From assembly GCA_965208325.1 (NCBI GenBank), contig OZ242326.1, positions 2,944,001-3,008,000 on the forward strand: a DNA stretch of 64,000 bases, in the 5' to 3' direction. The notes beneath the pieces were generated by a model. That model did no database searches. It was not told the origin of the DNA and was given only the letters and a program-made list of their open reading frames with translations. The position numbers and the translations under genes are program-made. Below, in pieces: positions 50,159 to 60,934 of the stretch. The stretch is from Candidatus Poribacteria bacterium. GTDB lineage: Bacteria > Poribacteria > WGA-4E > PCPOR2b. Position 1 is the first letter of the stretch. Each line of letters begins with the position of its first letter.

Positions 50159-53100
50159 ATGGCTAAAGCTAAAAAATCTAAATCTCGTGACGATCAAATT
50201 GTCGGCGCGCCGACAGCCGAAAATAAACGGCATCAGAAGGCGGGCTTGAAGATCGAAAGATTTTTCACGACGCCCGGTGTCCATCCGTACGAGGAAATTG
50301 AATGGGAACATCGGGATTCCGCGATTTACGATGAGAAGGGCGAGGTTATCTTCCAGCAAACGGAGGTAGAAGTCCCCACAAGTTGGTCCCAACTAGCCAC
50401 TGACATCGCTGCGTCGAAATACTTTCGTAAAGCCGGCGTCCCCGGAACCGAGCAAGAATCAAGCGCCCGCCAGCTCATCCAGCGGGTCGCGCACACCATC
50501 CGCCAATCTGGCGCACAGATGGGCGGATATTTCGCCTCCCCCGAAGATGCCGAGACCTTTGAAGCGGAACTCACCTATCTGCTCATTACCCAACGCGGCG
50601 CCTTCAACTCGCCGGTGTGGTTCAACTGCGGGCTATGGCACGAATACGGCATCAAAGGCAGCGGCGGCAACTACTGCTGGGATTTTGAAACCGAACGCGT
50701 CGAGAAAACAAAAAACGCCTATGAACGACCGCAGAACTCAGCCTGTTTCATCCAGAGTGTGGACGACTCCCTAGATTCGATGCTCGCGCTCCAAAAATCC
50801 GAAGTCCGCCTATTCAAATACGGTTCGGGCACCGGCTCCAACTTTAGCCAGATCCGCGCTAAAGGCGAACATCTCTCAGGCGGCGGCGCAAGTTCAGGCG
50901 TACTCTCCTTCCTCGAAGGCTTCGACCGTTGGGCGGGCAGCATTAAAAGCGGCGGCACCACGCGCAGAGCTGCGAAAATGGTTATCCTTGACATGGATCA
51001 CCCCGAAATCGTGGACTACATCGATTGGAAGTTGCGCGAGGAAAAGAAAGTCCAAGCCTTAATCGCCGGCGGCTATCCCGCAGACTTCAACGGCGAGGCA
51101 TACCGCACCATCAGCGGACAAAACAGCAACAACTCCGTGCGAATCCCCGACGCCTTCATGGAATCATACCTCAAAGACGGAGACTGGAAGACAACCTACC
51201 GCGTGAGCCGTGAGGTCGCATCCGAGTATAAGGCAACGTGGTTGATGGACAAAATCGCCCATGCAGCCTGGGCGTGCGCCGACCCCGGCGTCCAATTCGA
51301 CGACACTATCCAACGTTGGAATACCTGCAAGAGCAGCGACCGAATTAACGCAACCAACCCGTGCTCTGAATTCGTGTTCTTGGACGATACCGCCTGCAAC
51401 CTCGCGAGCATCAACCTCGCAAAGTTCTTGCAGGATGACGGCAGCTTCGACGTTGATGCTTTTCGCCAAGCTGTTCGTGTCTTTATCACCGCGATGGAAA
51501 TAATTGTCGACCTATCCGCCTACCCCATGGAAAAAATTGCGCGGCGGTCGCACGAATTTCGCCCGCTCGGTCTGGGCTACGCAAATCTGGGAACACTCTT
51601 GATGTTGAACGGCATTCCTTACGACAGCGATGAAGCCCGCGCTTGGGCGGCGTCAATCTCGGCAATTCTGTCAGGACACGGCTACCGAACCAGCGCCGAA
51701 ATTGCCGGCAGTGTCGGTCCGTTCCCCCAGTTTGAAGTGAACAGCCAGTCAATGCTGGAAGTCATGCAGATGCACCGCGAGGCAGCCTACGAAATTTCCG
51801 AAGCGGACTGCCCAGATAACCTGCTCGAAGCCGCGCGGGAAGATTGGGACATATGCCTGCAACTGGGCGAACGATACGGCTACCGTAACTCTCAAATATC
51901 GGTCATCGCACCCACCGGCACTATCGCTTTCCTGATGGACTGCGACACCACCGGAATCGAACCCGACTTTGCGCTCGTTAAATTCAAAAAGCTCGCCGGC
52001 GGCGGTTACTTCAAAATTGTCAACCAGAGCGTGCCAAAAGCCATGGAGCAGCTCGGTTATACCCCCGACCAAATCGATGAAATCGTCGCTTACATTGTCG
52101 GCACCGCGTCGCTCAACGGAACGCCCATCAACCCGGAAATGCTCAAGGAAAAAGGCTTCACAGACGAAGATTTGGCGAAAATTGAATCGGTGTTGCCCAC
52201 CGCGTTTGACCTGAACATCGCTTTCGCCCCCCTTACGCTCGGCGAGGCAACGCTGCAGAGGCTGGGAATTAGTGCTGAAAGCGCGCAGGCGCCGGGCTTC
52301 AGTATTCTGCGCACTTTAGGTTTCAACCGTGAGGACATTGATGCCGCCGAAGAAATCATCTGCGGACGTGGCACTGTCGAGGGCGCGCCGCACCTCAAGC
52401 CGGAACACTACCCCATCTTCGACTGCGCCAACAAATGCGGCAGAACAGGTACGCGCTACATCACCCCCATGGGCCCCGTTAAGATGATGGCGGCTGTCCA
52501 GCCCTTCATTAGCGGCGCTATCTCAAAAACCGTCAATCTTCCCAACGAGGTCTCGGAGGACGAAATTAAGCAGGTGTACGTCGAGGCGTGGAAGTTGGGC
52601 GTGAAGTGCATGGCTGTCTATCGAGACGGCAGCAAGAGCAGCCAACCGCTCTCCACAACCAGTCAACAAGAGGCGGAGGAGATAGAATCGGAAATACAGG
52701 TTGAGTACCGTCCCGTCCGGAAACATCTGCCAGACGAACGCAGATCCCTTACCCACAAGTTCAGCGTCGGTGGGCACGAAGGCTACCTCACTGTCGGCTT
52801 TTATGAGGACGGGCGGCCCGGCGAAGTCTTCCTCAGAATGTCCAAGGAGGGGTCGGTCATCTCCGGATTGATGGATACTATCGCAACCATGACTTCGGTC
52901 GCGCTTCAATACGGCGTACCGCTGGAATCGCTTGTCGAAAAATTCAGCCACAAACGCTTTGAGCCGTCCGGCTACACCAACAATAAGGACATCCCGATTG
53001 CGAAGTCGATTATCGACTACGTCTTCCGCTGGCTCGGATTAAAGTTCCTTGCCCAGAGCCAATCCGAGGAAGATGAAAGCCTCGAAGATCAACTCGTGGA

Positions 53101-53326
53101 TCCCCGCCAACTCCACTCCTTTGCCGGAAACGGCGGCAACCAAGAGTTAAATGCACCTTCCGCCATGCTGCCTAGCGGTCAGCGCGCGCAGTTGGAAGCC
53201 CAAGAAAAACGCGTGGCGTCCATGCAGTCCGACGCACCGCCTTGCCACGCCTGCGGTTCAATCATGGTACGCAACGGAACCTGCTACCGCTGCCTCAACT
53301 GCGGCGAAACCAGCGGCTGCTCGTAA
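50159..53326 (+). CDS. nrdJ: Class II (B12-dependent) ribonucleotide reductase with TSCPD/Zn-ribbon C-terminus
   Basis: FNSPVWFN, SACFI, TNPCSE, ACNLAS, IAPTGT, GAISKTVN; C-terminal CHACG..CLNCGETSGCS. Confidence 0.96.
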   Translation: MAKAKKSKSRDDQIVGAPTAENKRHQKAGLKIERFFTTPGVHPYEEIEWEHRDSAIYDEKGEVIFQQTEVEVPTSWSQLATDIAASKYFRKAGVPGTEQESSARQLIQRVAHTIRQSGAQMGGYFASPEDAETFEAELTYLLITQRGAFNSPVWFNCGLWHEYGIKGSGGNYCWDFETERVEKTKNAYERPQNSACFIQSVDDSLDSMLALQKSEVRLFKYGSGTGSNFSQIRAKGEHLSGGGASSGVLSFLEGFDRWAGSIKSGGTTRRAAKMVILDMDHPEIVDYIDWKLREEKKVQALIAGGYPADFNGEAYRTISGQNSNNSVRIPDAFMESYLKDGDWKTTYRVSREVASEYKATWLMDKIAHAAWACADPGVQFDDTIQRWNTCKSSDRINATNPCSEFVFLDDTACNLASINLAKFLQDDGSFDVDAFRQAVRVFITAMEIIVDLSAYPMEKIARRSHEFRPLGLGYANLGTLLMLNGIPYDSDEARAWAASISAILSGHGYRTSAEIAGSVGPFPQFEVNSQSMLEVMQMHREAAYEISEADCPDNLLEAAREDWDICLQLGERYGYRNSQISVIAPTGTIAFLMDCDTTGIEPDFALVKFKKLAGGGYFKIVNQSVPKAMEQLGYTPDQIDEIVAYIVGTASLNGTPINPEMLKEKGFTDEDLAKIESVLPTAFDLNIAFAPLTLGEATLQRLGISAESAQAPGFSILRTLGFNREDIDAAEEIICGRGTVEGAPHLKPEHYPIFDCANKCGRTGTRYITPMGPVKMMAAVQPFISGAISKTVNLPNEVSEDEIKQVYVEAWKLGVKCMAVYRDGSKSSQPLSTTSQQEAEEIESEIQVEYRPVRKHLPDERRSLTHKFSVGGHEGYLTVGFYEDGRPGEVFLRMSKEGSVISGLMDTIATMTSVALQYGVPLESLVEKFSHKRFEPSGYTNNKDIPIAKSIIDYVFRWLGLKFLAQSQSEEDESLEDQLVDPRQLHSFAGNGGNQELNAPSAMLPSGQRAQLEAQEKRVASMQSDAPPCHACGSIMVRNGTCYRCLNCGETSGCS

Positions 53327-53354
53327 AGCACGAGCATTCTAATATTTAGGTATC

Positions 53355-53410
53355 AAAAAGGGCGTCACGTCGGATTTTCATATGGGTCCAACGTGATGCC
53401 CGTATTATTT
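53355..53410 (+). terminator. Hairpin/terminator after nrdJ
   Basis: GGGCGTCACGT..ACGTGATGCCC followed by T-rich tail, preceded by A run. Confidence 0.55.
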
Positions 53411-53428
53411 CAGGAGAGACAAAATTGG

Positions 53429-55411
53429 ATGGCTAGCCAAAATACCAAACCCTGGCTTGAGGACGTAGAAGGAAATCAGGTACTTGATATTATCAATCTT
53501 GACGCAGATCTTATTTTGGTTGAGGCGGGACCTGGTACTGGAAAAACTTTCGGTTTAGTTCGTCGCGTACAGAGAATTCTCCATCCACAGGGGCTTAATG
53601 TACCGGGCGAGGACGTCTTGGTAGTCGCGTTTAATCGTGCAATTGCAAAGCAACTGAGGAACGATATATACGAACGCCTAAATAACTCGCTACACGACGG
53701 TAAGCCAGTTATCTGTACAGTACATGCACTTTGTTTAGACGTTCTACGTAGTAGTCTAAGAATTCTTCTTCCGCATGAAGTGGAAGCGATGATTTATGAC
53801 GTTCTATGCGATATGCCACAGTTTCGTGAGAAGTTTGAAGATCAACCTCATGCTCAACAAGCATTCGAAAACCATGCAGCGAATCTTGAAGATCACATAG
53901 AATTGTGGCAATCCGTGGATTCATGGCTTCGCCGACACGATGCAATACATATTACTGAATTGCCAAGTCTTTTGACCGATAGACTTAAATGGGGCGATTT
54001 TTCGGACAAGAATTTTACACATATAATTGTGGACGAATTCCAAGATCTAACGCCCATTGAGCAAGAATTATTCCTTAAGCTTAGGGGTGAGCGCGGCAAA
54101 CTTGTGGCATTAGGCGATCCGCGCCAATCCATTTATACTTTTAGAGGGAATGATCCTGAGGGACTGGACAAAATTAATAAACTCCCGGCTTCATCCGTGA
54201 AAATTTCAATGACAGAATGCCGTCGTTGCCCTGCAGAAATTGTGGAGGCTGCAAATCGGTTAATGATACGATATAAAACAGAACCGATGGTTGCAACAAG
54301 TAATTTGACGCCTAATGTTCATGTTGTCGTCTGGAAATCATCAAGAGAGGAAGTCAAAGGGATGGCGCGCGCGATTGTCGAAAACATCGCCGCACATCCC
54401 GAAGAGCAGCATCTTGCTATGGTTACACGCCGTGAGTTCGGTTACTGGATTCGGGAAGAAATCTCCAAACAAAATATCAACCTGAAAATAGATCTCAGTT
54501 TTTCGGAAAGCATGTTAGAGACTTGGTCGGTACGTGAAGCGTTCCTCTATTTTTGTCTTCGAGCCGATCCCGATGCCCCGACTTGGAGAGCATGGCTGGG
54601 GTACCAAAATTCGTATGATGGTAGAAATTTCAAAGCGGACAATCGCAATGCCGACGCATATCTAAAGTTCTTAAGCGAATGTAACGATAGAATTACAGAT
54701 TTAGACGTTCAAAATCTCGCCAGCCGCTCCAAACAACCGCCCGGCTCGGGAGGTAAAAACCTTTGGCACCGTGCAAAGCGTCTAATTGAACTCAAAGAAC
54801 AAATACCATGGGACGGTGAAGACGCTGTAGCATTCCTAAAAGACGTCTTTGATTCGAGCAAATGGAACGCGGACCAATCGCCTAACCCTGACACTGCGAC
54901 ACTTGATATGAAGTTGATTCTGTCGAAGGCTTGCGATTTATACCATGAGTTAGAAAATCCGACATTTTCAGAACAACAGAAGCTAATGGAAGTTGCAGTA
55001 AAGCTCAGGTATGGCATTGCAACGCGAGAGCAATTTGCGCCCGATGAGCAATCTGATTTGCAGGTCGCTACACTGTGGGGGGCTAAAGGCGTTACGACCG
55101 ATCACGTGTATCTAATTGGTCTCTGTAACGAAGCCATTCCCGGCCCTCGCCGCGATAACTACCCCGGAACAAACGACGATCACTTTGAAGAGCAGCGAAG
55201 ACTTTTCTACGTCTCCATCACGAGATCAAAGAAAACACTAGTGCTATCTCGGGCCGAAAAAATACTCCTTGAGGACGCGCGTAGACTTGGTCTCGCGACA
55301 GATGGGGGAAAGGCCTTTTACCAGCAATTACAGAGGACGGATTTTTTGCGCCAAATCAAGGAATTCCTACCACCGTTTCAGTATGGCAATCGATGGAAGG
55401 GTTGCGTGTAA
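53429..55411 (+). CDS. UvrD-like SF1 helicase (stand-alone, defence-island associated)
   Basis: AGPGTGKT, IVDEFQD, GDPRQSIYTFRG, EQRRLFYVSITRSK. Confidence 0.88.
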   Translation: MASQNTKPWLEDVEGNQVLDIINLDADLILVEAGPGTGKTFGLVRRVQRILHPQGLNVPGEDVLVVAFNRAIAKQLRNDIYERLNNSLHDGKPVICTVHALCLDVLRSSLRILLPHEVEAMIYDVLCDMPQFREKFEDQPHAQQAFENHAANLEDHIELWQSVDSWLRRHDAIHITELPSLLTDRLKWGDFSDKNFTHIIVDEFQDLTPIEQELFLKLRGERGKLVALGDPRQSIYTFRGNDPEGLDKINKLPASSVKISMTECRRCPAEIVEAANRLMIRYKTEPMVATSNLTPNVHVVVWKSSREEVKGMARAIVENIAAHPEEQHLAMVTRREFGYWIREEISKQNINLKIDLSFSESMLETWSVREAFLYFCLRADPDAPTWRAWLGYQNSYDGRNFKADNRNADAYLKFLSECNDRITDLDVQNLASRSKQPPGSGGKNLWHRAKRLIELKEQIPWDGEDAVAFLKDVFDSSKWNADQSPNPDTATLDMKLILSKACDLYHELENPTFSEQQKLMEVAVKLRYGIATREQFAPDEQSDLQVATLWGAKGVTTDHVYLIGLCNEAIPGPRRDNYPGTNDDHFEEQRRLFYVSITRSKKTLVLSRAEKILLEDARRLGLATDGGKAFYQQLQRTDFLRQIKEFLPPFQYGNRWKGCV

Positions 55412-55527
55412 GGATTCGGTCACTTATTTAGGCGACTAAAACCGGGTTTGTACAATATTGACGCATAAACTTTAAATTAGTCTGTAAAAATTCGCTTCGA
55501 TTGCACTATGTTAACAGATTCTGAGGT

Positions 55528-58500
55528 GTGAATATGAGCTTTCAGAACGTACTAGACAAATACAGAAAAATCGCTTTCTCCAAGCGCGACATAGGCGATC
55601 GTTTTGAGCGGTTGATGCAGGCGTACCTCAAAACAGACCCTAAATACGCCGCCAAATTCAAAACGGTTTGGCTATGGAATGAGTTCCCCTGGAAATTCGA
55701 CTTAGGTGGTGTTGACTCGGGAATTGATATCGTCGCGGTGACCCACGAAGGCGACTATTGGGCAGTTCAGTGCAAATGCTATCTAGAAGACGCACGTATT
55801 GATAAACCCGCCGTTAACAGTTTCCTCGCCACATCAAGCCGCGAGTTCAAAAACGAAAGCCTTCAAACCACTCGTTTTGCACACCGCCTGTGGATCTCTA
55901 CGACCAACCACTGGGGAAGTAACGCCACTGAGGCAATAACGAATCAAAACCCTCCCGTAACGCGAATCAACCTTTCCGATTTAATTGACGCCCCAGTTGA
56001 TTGGGAAAAATTGGATGCCGGCGTCCATGGTGAAGCCGCACGTGCACTCCGCAAATCGCTTCTCCCCCACCAAGTAGAAGCTTTGCAAAAAGCGCACGTC
56101 CACTTCCAAACCTCAGACCGTGGAAAGCTTATCATGGCTTGTGGGACCGGAAAAACTTTCAACGCTCTGCGCATTGCCGAAAGCGAAACCGATGGTAAGG
56201 GTTTGATACTCTTCCTCGTTCCGAGCATCGCTCTATTGGCTCAAGCGCTGCGCGAATGGAGCGCGGATGCTAACGAACCCATCAATGCTATCTGCATCTG
56301 CTCCGACCCGAAAGTTTCTGTAAAGAGGACCAGAAACCTAGATAGAGTCACCGTCAGTGTCGTCGATTTGGCGTTTCCTGCGTCAACCAATAGCAGGGAC
56401 ATTTTGCGCCAATTTCGATACATACAAATGAAAGATTCGCCGGGAATGACGGTTGTATTTTCCACCTATCAATCTATAGATGTGATATCCGAAGCCCAGA
56501 CTGTTTTGCTGGAAAACGGCTTCAAAGAATTTGACCTGATAATCTGTGACGAAGCCCATCGCACCACAGGCGTGACGTTGGCGAATGAGGATGAATCCGC
56601 CTTTACCAAAGTGCACGATAACCAATTCATCAAAGCAAAAAAACGACTGTACATGACGGCAACACCGCGCCTTTACAGCGATGACGCCAAGAGCAAAGCA
56701 GCAGAGGCCGACGCGATTCTTTGTTCTATGGACGACCCGAAATTGTACGGAGAGGAGATTTATCGCATCGGATTTGGTGAAGCTGTAGAACGAGACCTTC
56801 TCACCGATTACAAAGTGCTGATTCTAACACTCAGCGACGCAGATGTACCTCCTGCGGTACAAGACGCAATAGCCAACAATGAGACAGAAATCAGAACGGA
56901 TGATGTGTCAAAGCTAATCGGCTGCATCAATGCTTTGTCCAAACAGTTTTTGGGCGACGACGGTGAAACAAAAAAATCGGATCCCGAACCCATGCAGCGC
57001 GCCGTTGCGTTCTGCCAAAGTATCGCTGTATCCAAAACGATAACGGCCGCCTACAATCAGCTAACCGATACTTATCTTGACGCTTTGCCCGCTGAACAAA
57101 AAGAGAAAATGGTGTCAGTAAATGCCAAGCATATTGATGGTACCATGACGGCTCCAGACAGAGATGAGATGCTCGGATGGTTAAAAGCCTCCACCGAAAA
57201 CAACGAGTGTCGTGTCCTAACAAACGTCCGTGTGCTTAGTGAAGGCGTAGATGTTCCATCCTTAGATGCCGTCTTGTTTATATCCGCGAAGAACTCCCAG
57301 GTGGACGTGGTCCAATCGGTGGGACGGGTTATGCGCCGATCGCCAGGCAAGAAATACGGTTACATTATTATTCCGGTTGTCGTGCCGCCGGATGTCCCCC
57401 CTGAAAAAGCGCTCGACGACAACGAACGGTACAAAGTCGTCTGGACAGTGCTTTATGCCCTTCGAGCACATGACGACCGCTTCAATGCAACGGTAAACAA
57501 AATAGACCTCAACAAAAAACGCCCACCCCAAATCATAGTAGGTGGTCCTGAAATCACTTTCGATGAGAATGGTAATCCGATATTCATCAAAGAGGATTCC
57601 GCCAGCTACGAGGACAATGACGCGATTGCACACCAACTGATGTTGCGGTTTGAAGAACTGCAAACTGTTATATTCGCACGCATGGTGCAAAAGGTTGGCG
57701 ACCGCCTGTATTGGGAGCAGTGGGCGAAAGATGTTGCAGCTATTGTAGAGCGTCAAATTGAACGAATCAATTACCTTGTCTCGTCCAAACAGGACCAAAA
57801 AGTCGTATTCCAAACCTTCGTTGCTGGCCTGCAAAAGAACATCAATCCAAGCATCACCGAAGATCAAGCCGTAGAGATGCTCGGTCAGCACATAATCACA
57901 CAACCCATTTTTGAAGTCCTATTTGAAGATTACTCCTTCGCAAAAAGCAACCCTGTTTCCACGGCGATGCAGCGAATGTTGGATGAATTAGAAGGCGAAT
58001 CCGTGGCTGAAGACTCGGCAAAGTTGGCGCGGTTCTATGAATCCGTAAAGAAACGGGCGGCGGATATCGACAATGCGGAAGGTAAGCAGCGCATCATCAT
58101 TGAACTGTACGACAAATTCTTCAAAACCGCATTCCCAAAGATGGTAGAGCAGCTAGGCATTGTTTACACCCCAGTCGAGATTGTGGATTTCATTATTAAA
58201 TCTGTCAACAAAGTCCTGAAGTGTGAGTTTGGCCGTCAACTTTCAGATGAAAACGTCCATATCCTAGATCCCTTTACCGGCACGGGAACCTTTATTACTA
58301 GATTACTGCAAAGCGATTTGATCCCCGCCGAAGATCTTACTCGCAAATACCGGGAGGAATTGCACGCTAATGAGATTGTCTTGTTGGCTTATTATATTGC
58401 TGCGGTAAATATCGAAAATGCTTATCACGATCGGTTGGGCGACGAAAGCGGATACGAACGGTTTGAAGGCATTGTGCTCGCTGACAGCTTTCAACTAGGC

Positions 58501-60399
58501 GAAACGGACGAAATCCAAGCGTGTATTACAGAAATGTTCCCCCAAAATTCCGAACGGACCGTTCGGCAAAAGAAAATCCCGTTGCAGGTGATTATAGGCA
58601 ATCCACCGTATTCTGAGGGACAGAAATCAGCCAATGACAATGCCCCGAACCAAAAACATGACAATTTGGATGTTCGGATTGCTGAAACGTATGCAGAGGC
58701 AACTAGAGCGGCCAACAAGAAACCGCTTTACAATTCATACTTCAAAGCCTTCCGTTGGAGCACTGATCGTTTAGACCCAATTCATGGTGGAGTGGTTGCC
58801 TTTGTCACGAATGCGCAATGGATAGATGGCAACAGTTTGGATGGCTTCCGCAAGATAATAGAAAAGGAGTTCTCTAGTATTTGGGTGTTCAACCTGCGAG
58901 GAAATGCCCGTACTTCAGGTGAATTGAGACGAAAAGAGCGTGGCAACGTCTTTGCTGGCGGTTCGCAAAACCCAATTGCCATTACACTCTTGGTGAAGAA
59001 CCCTCGATCCAAATCAGAGAAAGCTGTTATTCGATACTCCGAAGTTGAGGACTACATGACTCGCGAACAAAAGTTGGCTCTCGTAAGCAAATTCGCAATC
59101 CTCGACCACCCTGAGATGCGGTGGGAAACCTTGCAACCCAACCAACACGGTGAGTGGCTAAATCAGCGAAATGACCTATTTGACGACCTTATTCCCTTGG
59201 GGGATAAGGAGCATAACGCCGATGAGGCCGCCTTTTTTGTACCCTATTACAGCCTTGGGCTTGCATCAGGCCGAGACGCCTGGTGTTACAATTCCAACAA
59301 AATGACTCTATCGACCAATATTAAGCAATTGATTGATTTCTACAACAACCAGAGAGAGGCTTTCCACAAAAAAAGACCGTCTGAACCCAAGCTAAGCGTT
59401 GAGGACGCGATTGAATACGACTCGACAAAGATTGCCTGGAACAGGACCCTGCAGCGGGATTTAGAGCGAAATAAGGAAGTCGTTTATACGTCTAACAGCG
59501 TGAATATAGCTATGCATCGCCCGTTCTGCAAACGATATGTTTATTTCGCATCAGAACTTAACGGCATGGTCTATCAACTTCCTAAACTCTTTCCTAAACC
59601 ATCCATACGCAACCAGGTGATTTGTGTTTCAGGGAAAGGGGGCACCAAGGGTTTTTCGGTCCTCATTTCTACCTGTATTCCTGATCTAAATAGCATCGGA
59701 ACTACCCAATGCTTTCCTCTATATTACTTTGCATCGCGAACCAAGCAAAATCCGACCCTGTTTGAGTCCGTCGAAGATAACGAAAAAATTCGTAGAGATG
59801 GAATTACAGATGTCATCCTCGAAAGAGCCAGAACTCAATATGGAAAAAACGTGGACAAGGAGGATATTTTCTACTACGTTTACGGAGTGCTCCACAGCCA
59901 CGATTACCGCACCATCTTTGCCAACAATTTAAAGAGAACCTTGCCCCGCATCCCTTTGACAGACGATGTTCGGGATTTTTGGACGTTCAGCAAAGCGGGA
60001 CGCCGCTTGGCGGATTTGCACATCAATTACGAAACTGTTCCCCCATACACAGGCGTAGGTGTCTGGGGTGCGGAACATGAATTCTACCGTGTAGAAAAAA
60101 TGCGCTTTCCAAAAAACGGACAAGGCGACACCATTATTTTCAACAGTAGAATTACGGTTACACATATTCCGCCAAAGGCATACGAATATGTCGTCAATGG
60201 AAAATCCGCAATAGCTTGGATTATGGATCGCTACCGAGTAACTGTCCACAAAGCCAGCGGTATCAAGAACGATCCCAACGATTGGGCGGAGGAAGTTGGC
60301 AACCCAAGATACATTCTTGACCTGCTATTGAGCATCATCAATGTCAGCGTCCAAACCGTGGACATCGTAAATGCGTTACCTAAATTCAAATTTGAGTGA
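55528..60399 (+). CDS. Type ISP restriction-modification enzyme (LlaGI/LlaBIII-like: Mrr nuclease + SF2 ATPase + N6-MTase + TRD)
   Basis: GID..AVQCKCY; MACGTGKT, DEAHRTTG, QSVGRVMR; VYTPVEIV, LDPFTGTG, GNPPYS; FNLRGN. Confidence 0.92.
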   Translation: MNMSFQNVLDKYRKIAFSKRDIGDRFERLMQAYLKTDPKYAAKFKTVWLWNEFPWKFDLGGVDSGIDIVAVTHEGDYWAVQCKCYLEDARIDKPAVNSFLATSSREFKNESLQTTRFAHRLWISTTNHWGSNATEAITNQNPPVTRINLSDLIDAPVDWEKLDAGVHGEAARALRKSLLPHQVEALQKAHVHFQTSDRGKLIMACGTGKTFNALRIAESETDGKGLILFLVPSIALLAQALREWSADANEPINAICICSDPKVSVKRTRNLDRVTVSVVDLAFPASTNSRDILRQFRYIQMKDSPGMTVVFSTYQSIDVISEAQTVLLENGFKEFDLIICDEAHRTTGVTLANEDESAFTKVHDNQFIKAKKRLYMTATPRLYSDDAKSKAAEADAILCSMDDPKLYGEEIYRIGFGEAVERDLLTDYKVLILTLSDADVPPAVQDAIANNETEIRTDDVSKLIGCINALSKQFLGDDGETKKSDPEPMQRAVAFCQSIAVSKTITAAYNQLTDTYLDALPAEQKEKMVSVNAKHIDGTMTAPDRDEMLGWLKASTENNECRVLTNVRVLSEGVDVPSLDAVLFISAKNSQVDVVQSVGRVMRRSPGKKYGYIIIPVVVPPDVPPEKALDDNERYKVVWTVLYALRAHDDRFNATVNKIDLNKKRPPQIIVGGPEITFDENGNPIFIKEDSASYEDNDAIAHQLMLRFEELQTVIFARMVQKVGDRLYWEQWAKDVAAIVERQIERINYLVSSKQDQKVVFQTFVAGLQKNINPSITEDQAVEMLGQHIITQPIFEVLFEDYSFAKSNPVSTAMQRMLDELEGESVAEDSAKLARFYESVKKRAADIDNAEGKQRIIIELYDKFFKTAFPKMVEQLGIVYTPVEIVDFIIKSVNKVLKCEFGRQLSDENVHILDPFTGTGTFITRLLQSDLIPAEDLTRKYREELHANEIVLLAYYIAAVNIENAYHDRLGDESGYERFEGIVLADSFQLGETDEIQACITEMFPQNSERTVRQKKIPLQVIIGNPPYSEGQKSANDNAPNQKHDNLDVRIAETYAEATRAANKKPLYNSYFKAFRWSTDRLDPIHGGVVAFVTNAQWIDGNSLDGFRKIIEKEFSSIWVFNLRGNARTSGELRRKERGNVFAGGSQNPIAITLLVKNPRSKSEKAVIRYSEVEDYMTREQKLALVSKFAILDHPEMRWETLQPNQHGEWLNQRNDLFDDLIPLGDKEHNADEAAFFVPYYSLGLASGRDAWCYNSNKMTLSTNIKQLIDFYNNQREAFHKKRPSEPKLSVEDAIEYDSTKIAWNRTLQRDLERNKEVVYTSNSVNIAMHRPFCKRYVYFASELNGMVYQLPKLFPKPSIRNQVICVSGKGGTKGFSVLISTCIPDLNSIGTTQCFPLYYFASRTKQNPTLFESVEDNEKIRRDGITDVILERARTQYGKNVDKEDIFYYVYGVLHSHDYRTIFANNLKRTLPRIPLTDDVRDFWTFSKAGRRLADLHINYETVPPYTGVGVWGAEHEFYRVEKMRFPKNGQGDTIIFNSRITVTHIPPKAYEYVVNGKSAIAWIMDRYRVTVHKASGIKNDPNDWAEEVGNPRYILDLLLSIINVSVQTVDIVNALPKFKFE

Positions 60400-60499
60400 A
60401 AATCATCACAGGCCCTTTTCTTTGTTTAGGCATGAGTTGAAACGTGAAAAATCTGAATAACAGTCTCTAAATACAGATGGAATGAGGACGCAATTCTTT

Positions 60500-60934
60500 A
60501 TGAGTACACACCAAATTCACATATTCATTAGCCACTCATGGCACTACTCAAACCATTATGACACCCTAGCAGATTGGATCTTTGGAGGGAATTGGTCGGT
60601 CGGTCAAGCTTCTTTGGATTTTTTCGATTTCTCCGTTCCTAGAGATGACCCAATCCACAACGCTCCCACTGATAAAGCTCTCCAGCAAGCTATCTATAAT
60701 AAGATTGCCCGTAGTCATGTGATTGTCATTCCGACCGGAATGTATTCTCAATATAGCAAATGGATTAAAAAGGAGATAAACGGCGCAAATTACTACAACA
60801 AACCAATCCTCGCTGTCAATCCGTGGGGACAGGAAAGGACGTCTTCCGTCGTTGTCGACAACGCTACCAGTCGTGTGGGTTGGAACAAAAAATCTGTAAT
60901 TGATGAAATATGGAGGTTGTATAAACTAGAATGA
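60500..60934 (+). CDS. TIR-domain protein (ThsB/MTH538-DUF1863-like)
   Basis: IFISHSW; SKWIKKEI (catalytic-position Glu); KPILAV. Confidence 0.85.
   Translation: MSTHQIHIFISHSWHYSNHYDTLADWIFGGNWSVGQASLDFFDFSVPRDDPIHNAPTDKALQQAIYNKIARSHVIVIPTGMYSQYSKWIKKEINGANYYNKPILAVNPWGQERTSSVVVDNATSRVGWNKKSVIDEIWRLYKLE

Noticed and set aside
53429..55411. Gabija GajB
   Set aside because: No adjacent GajA (ATPase-TOPRIM) gene
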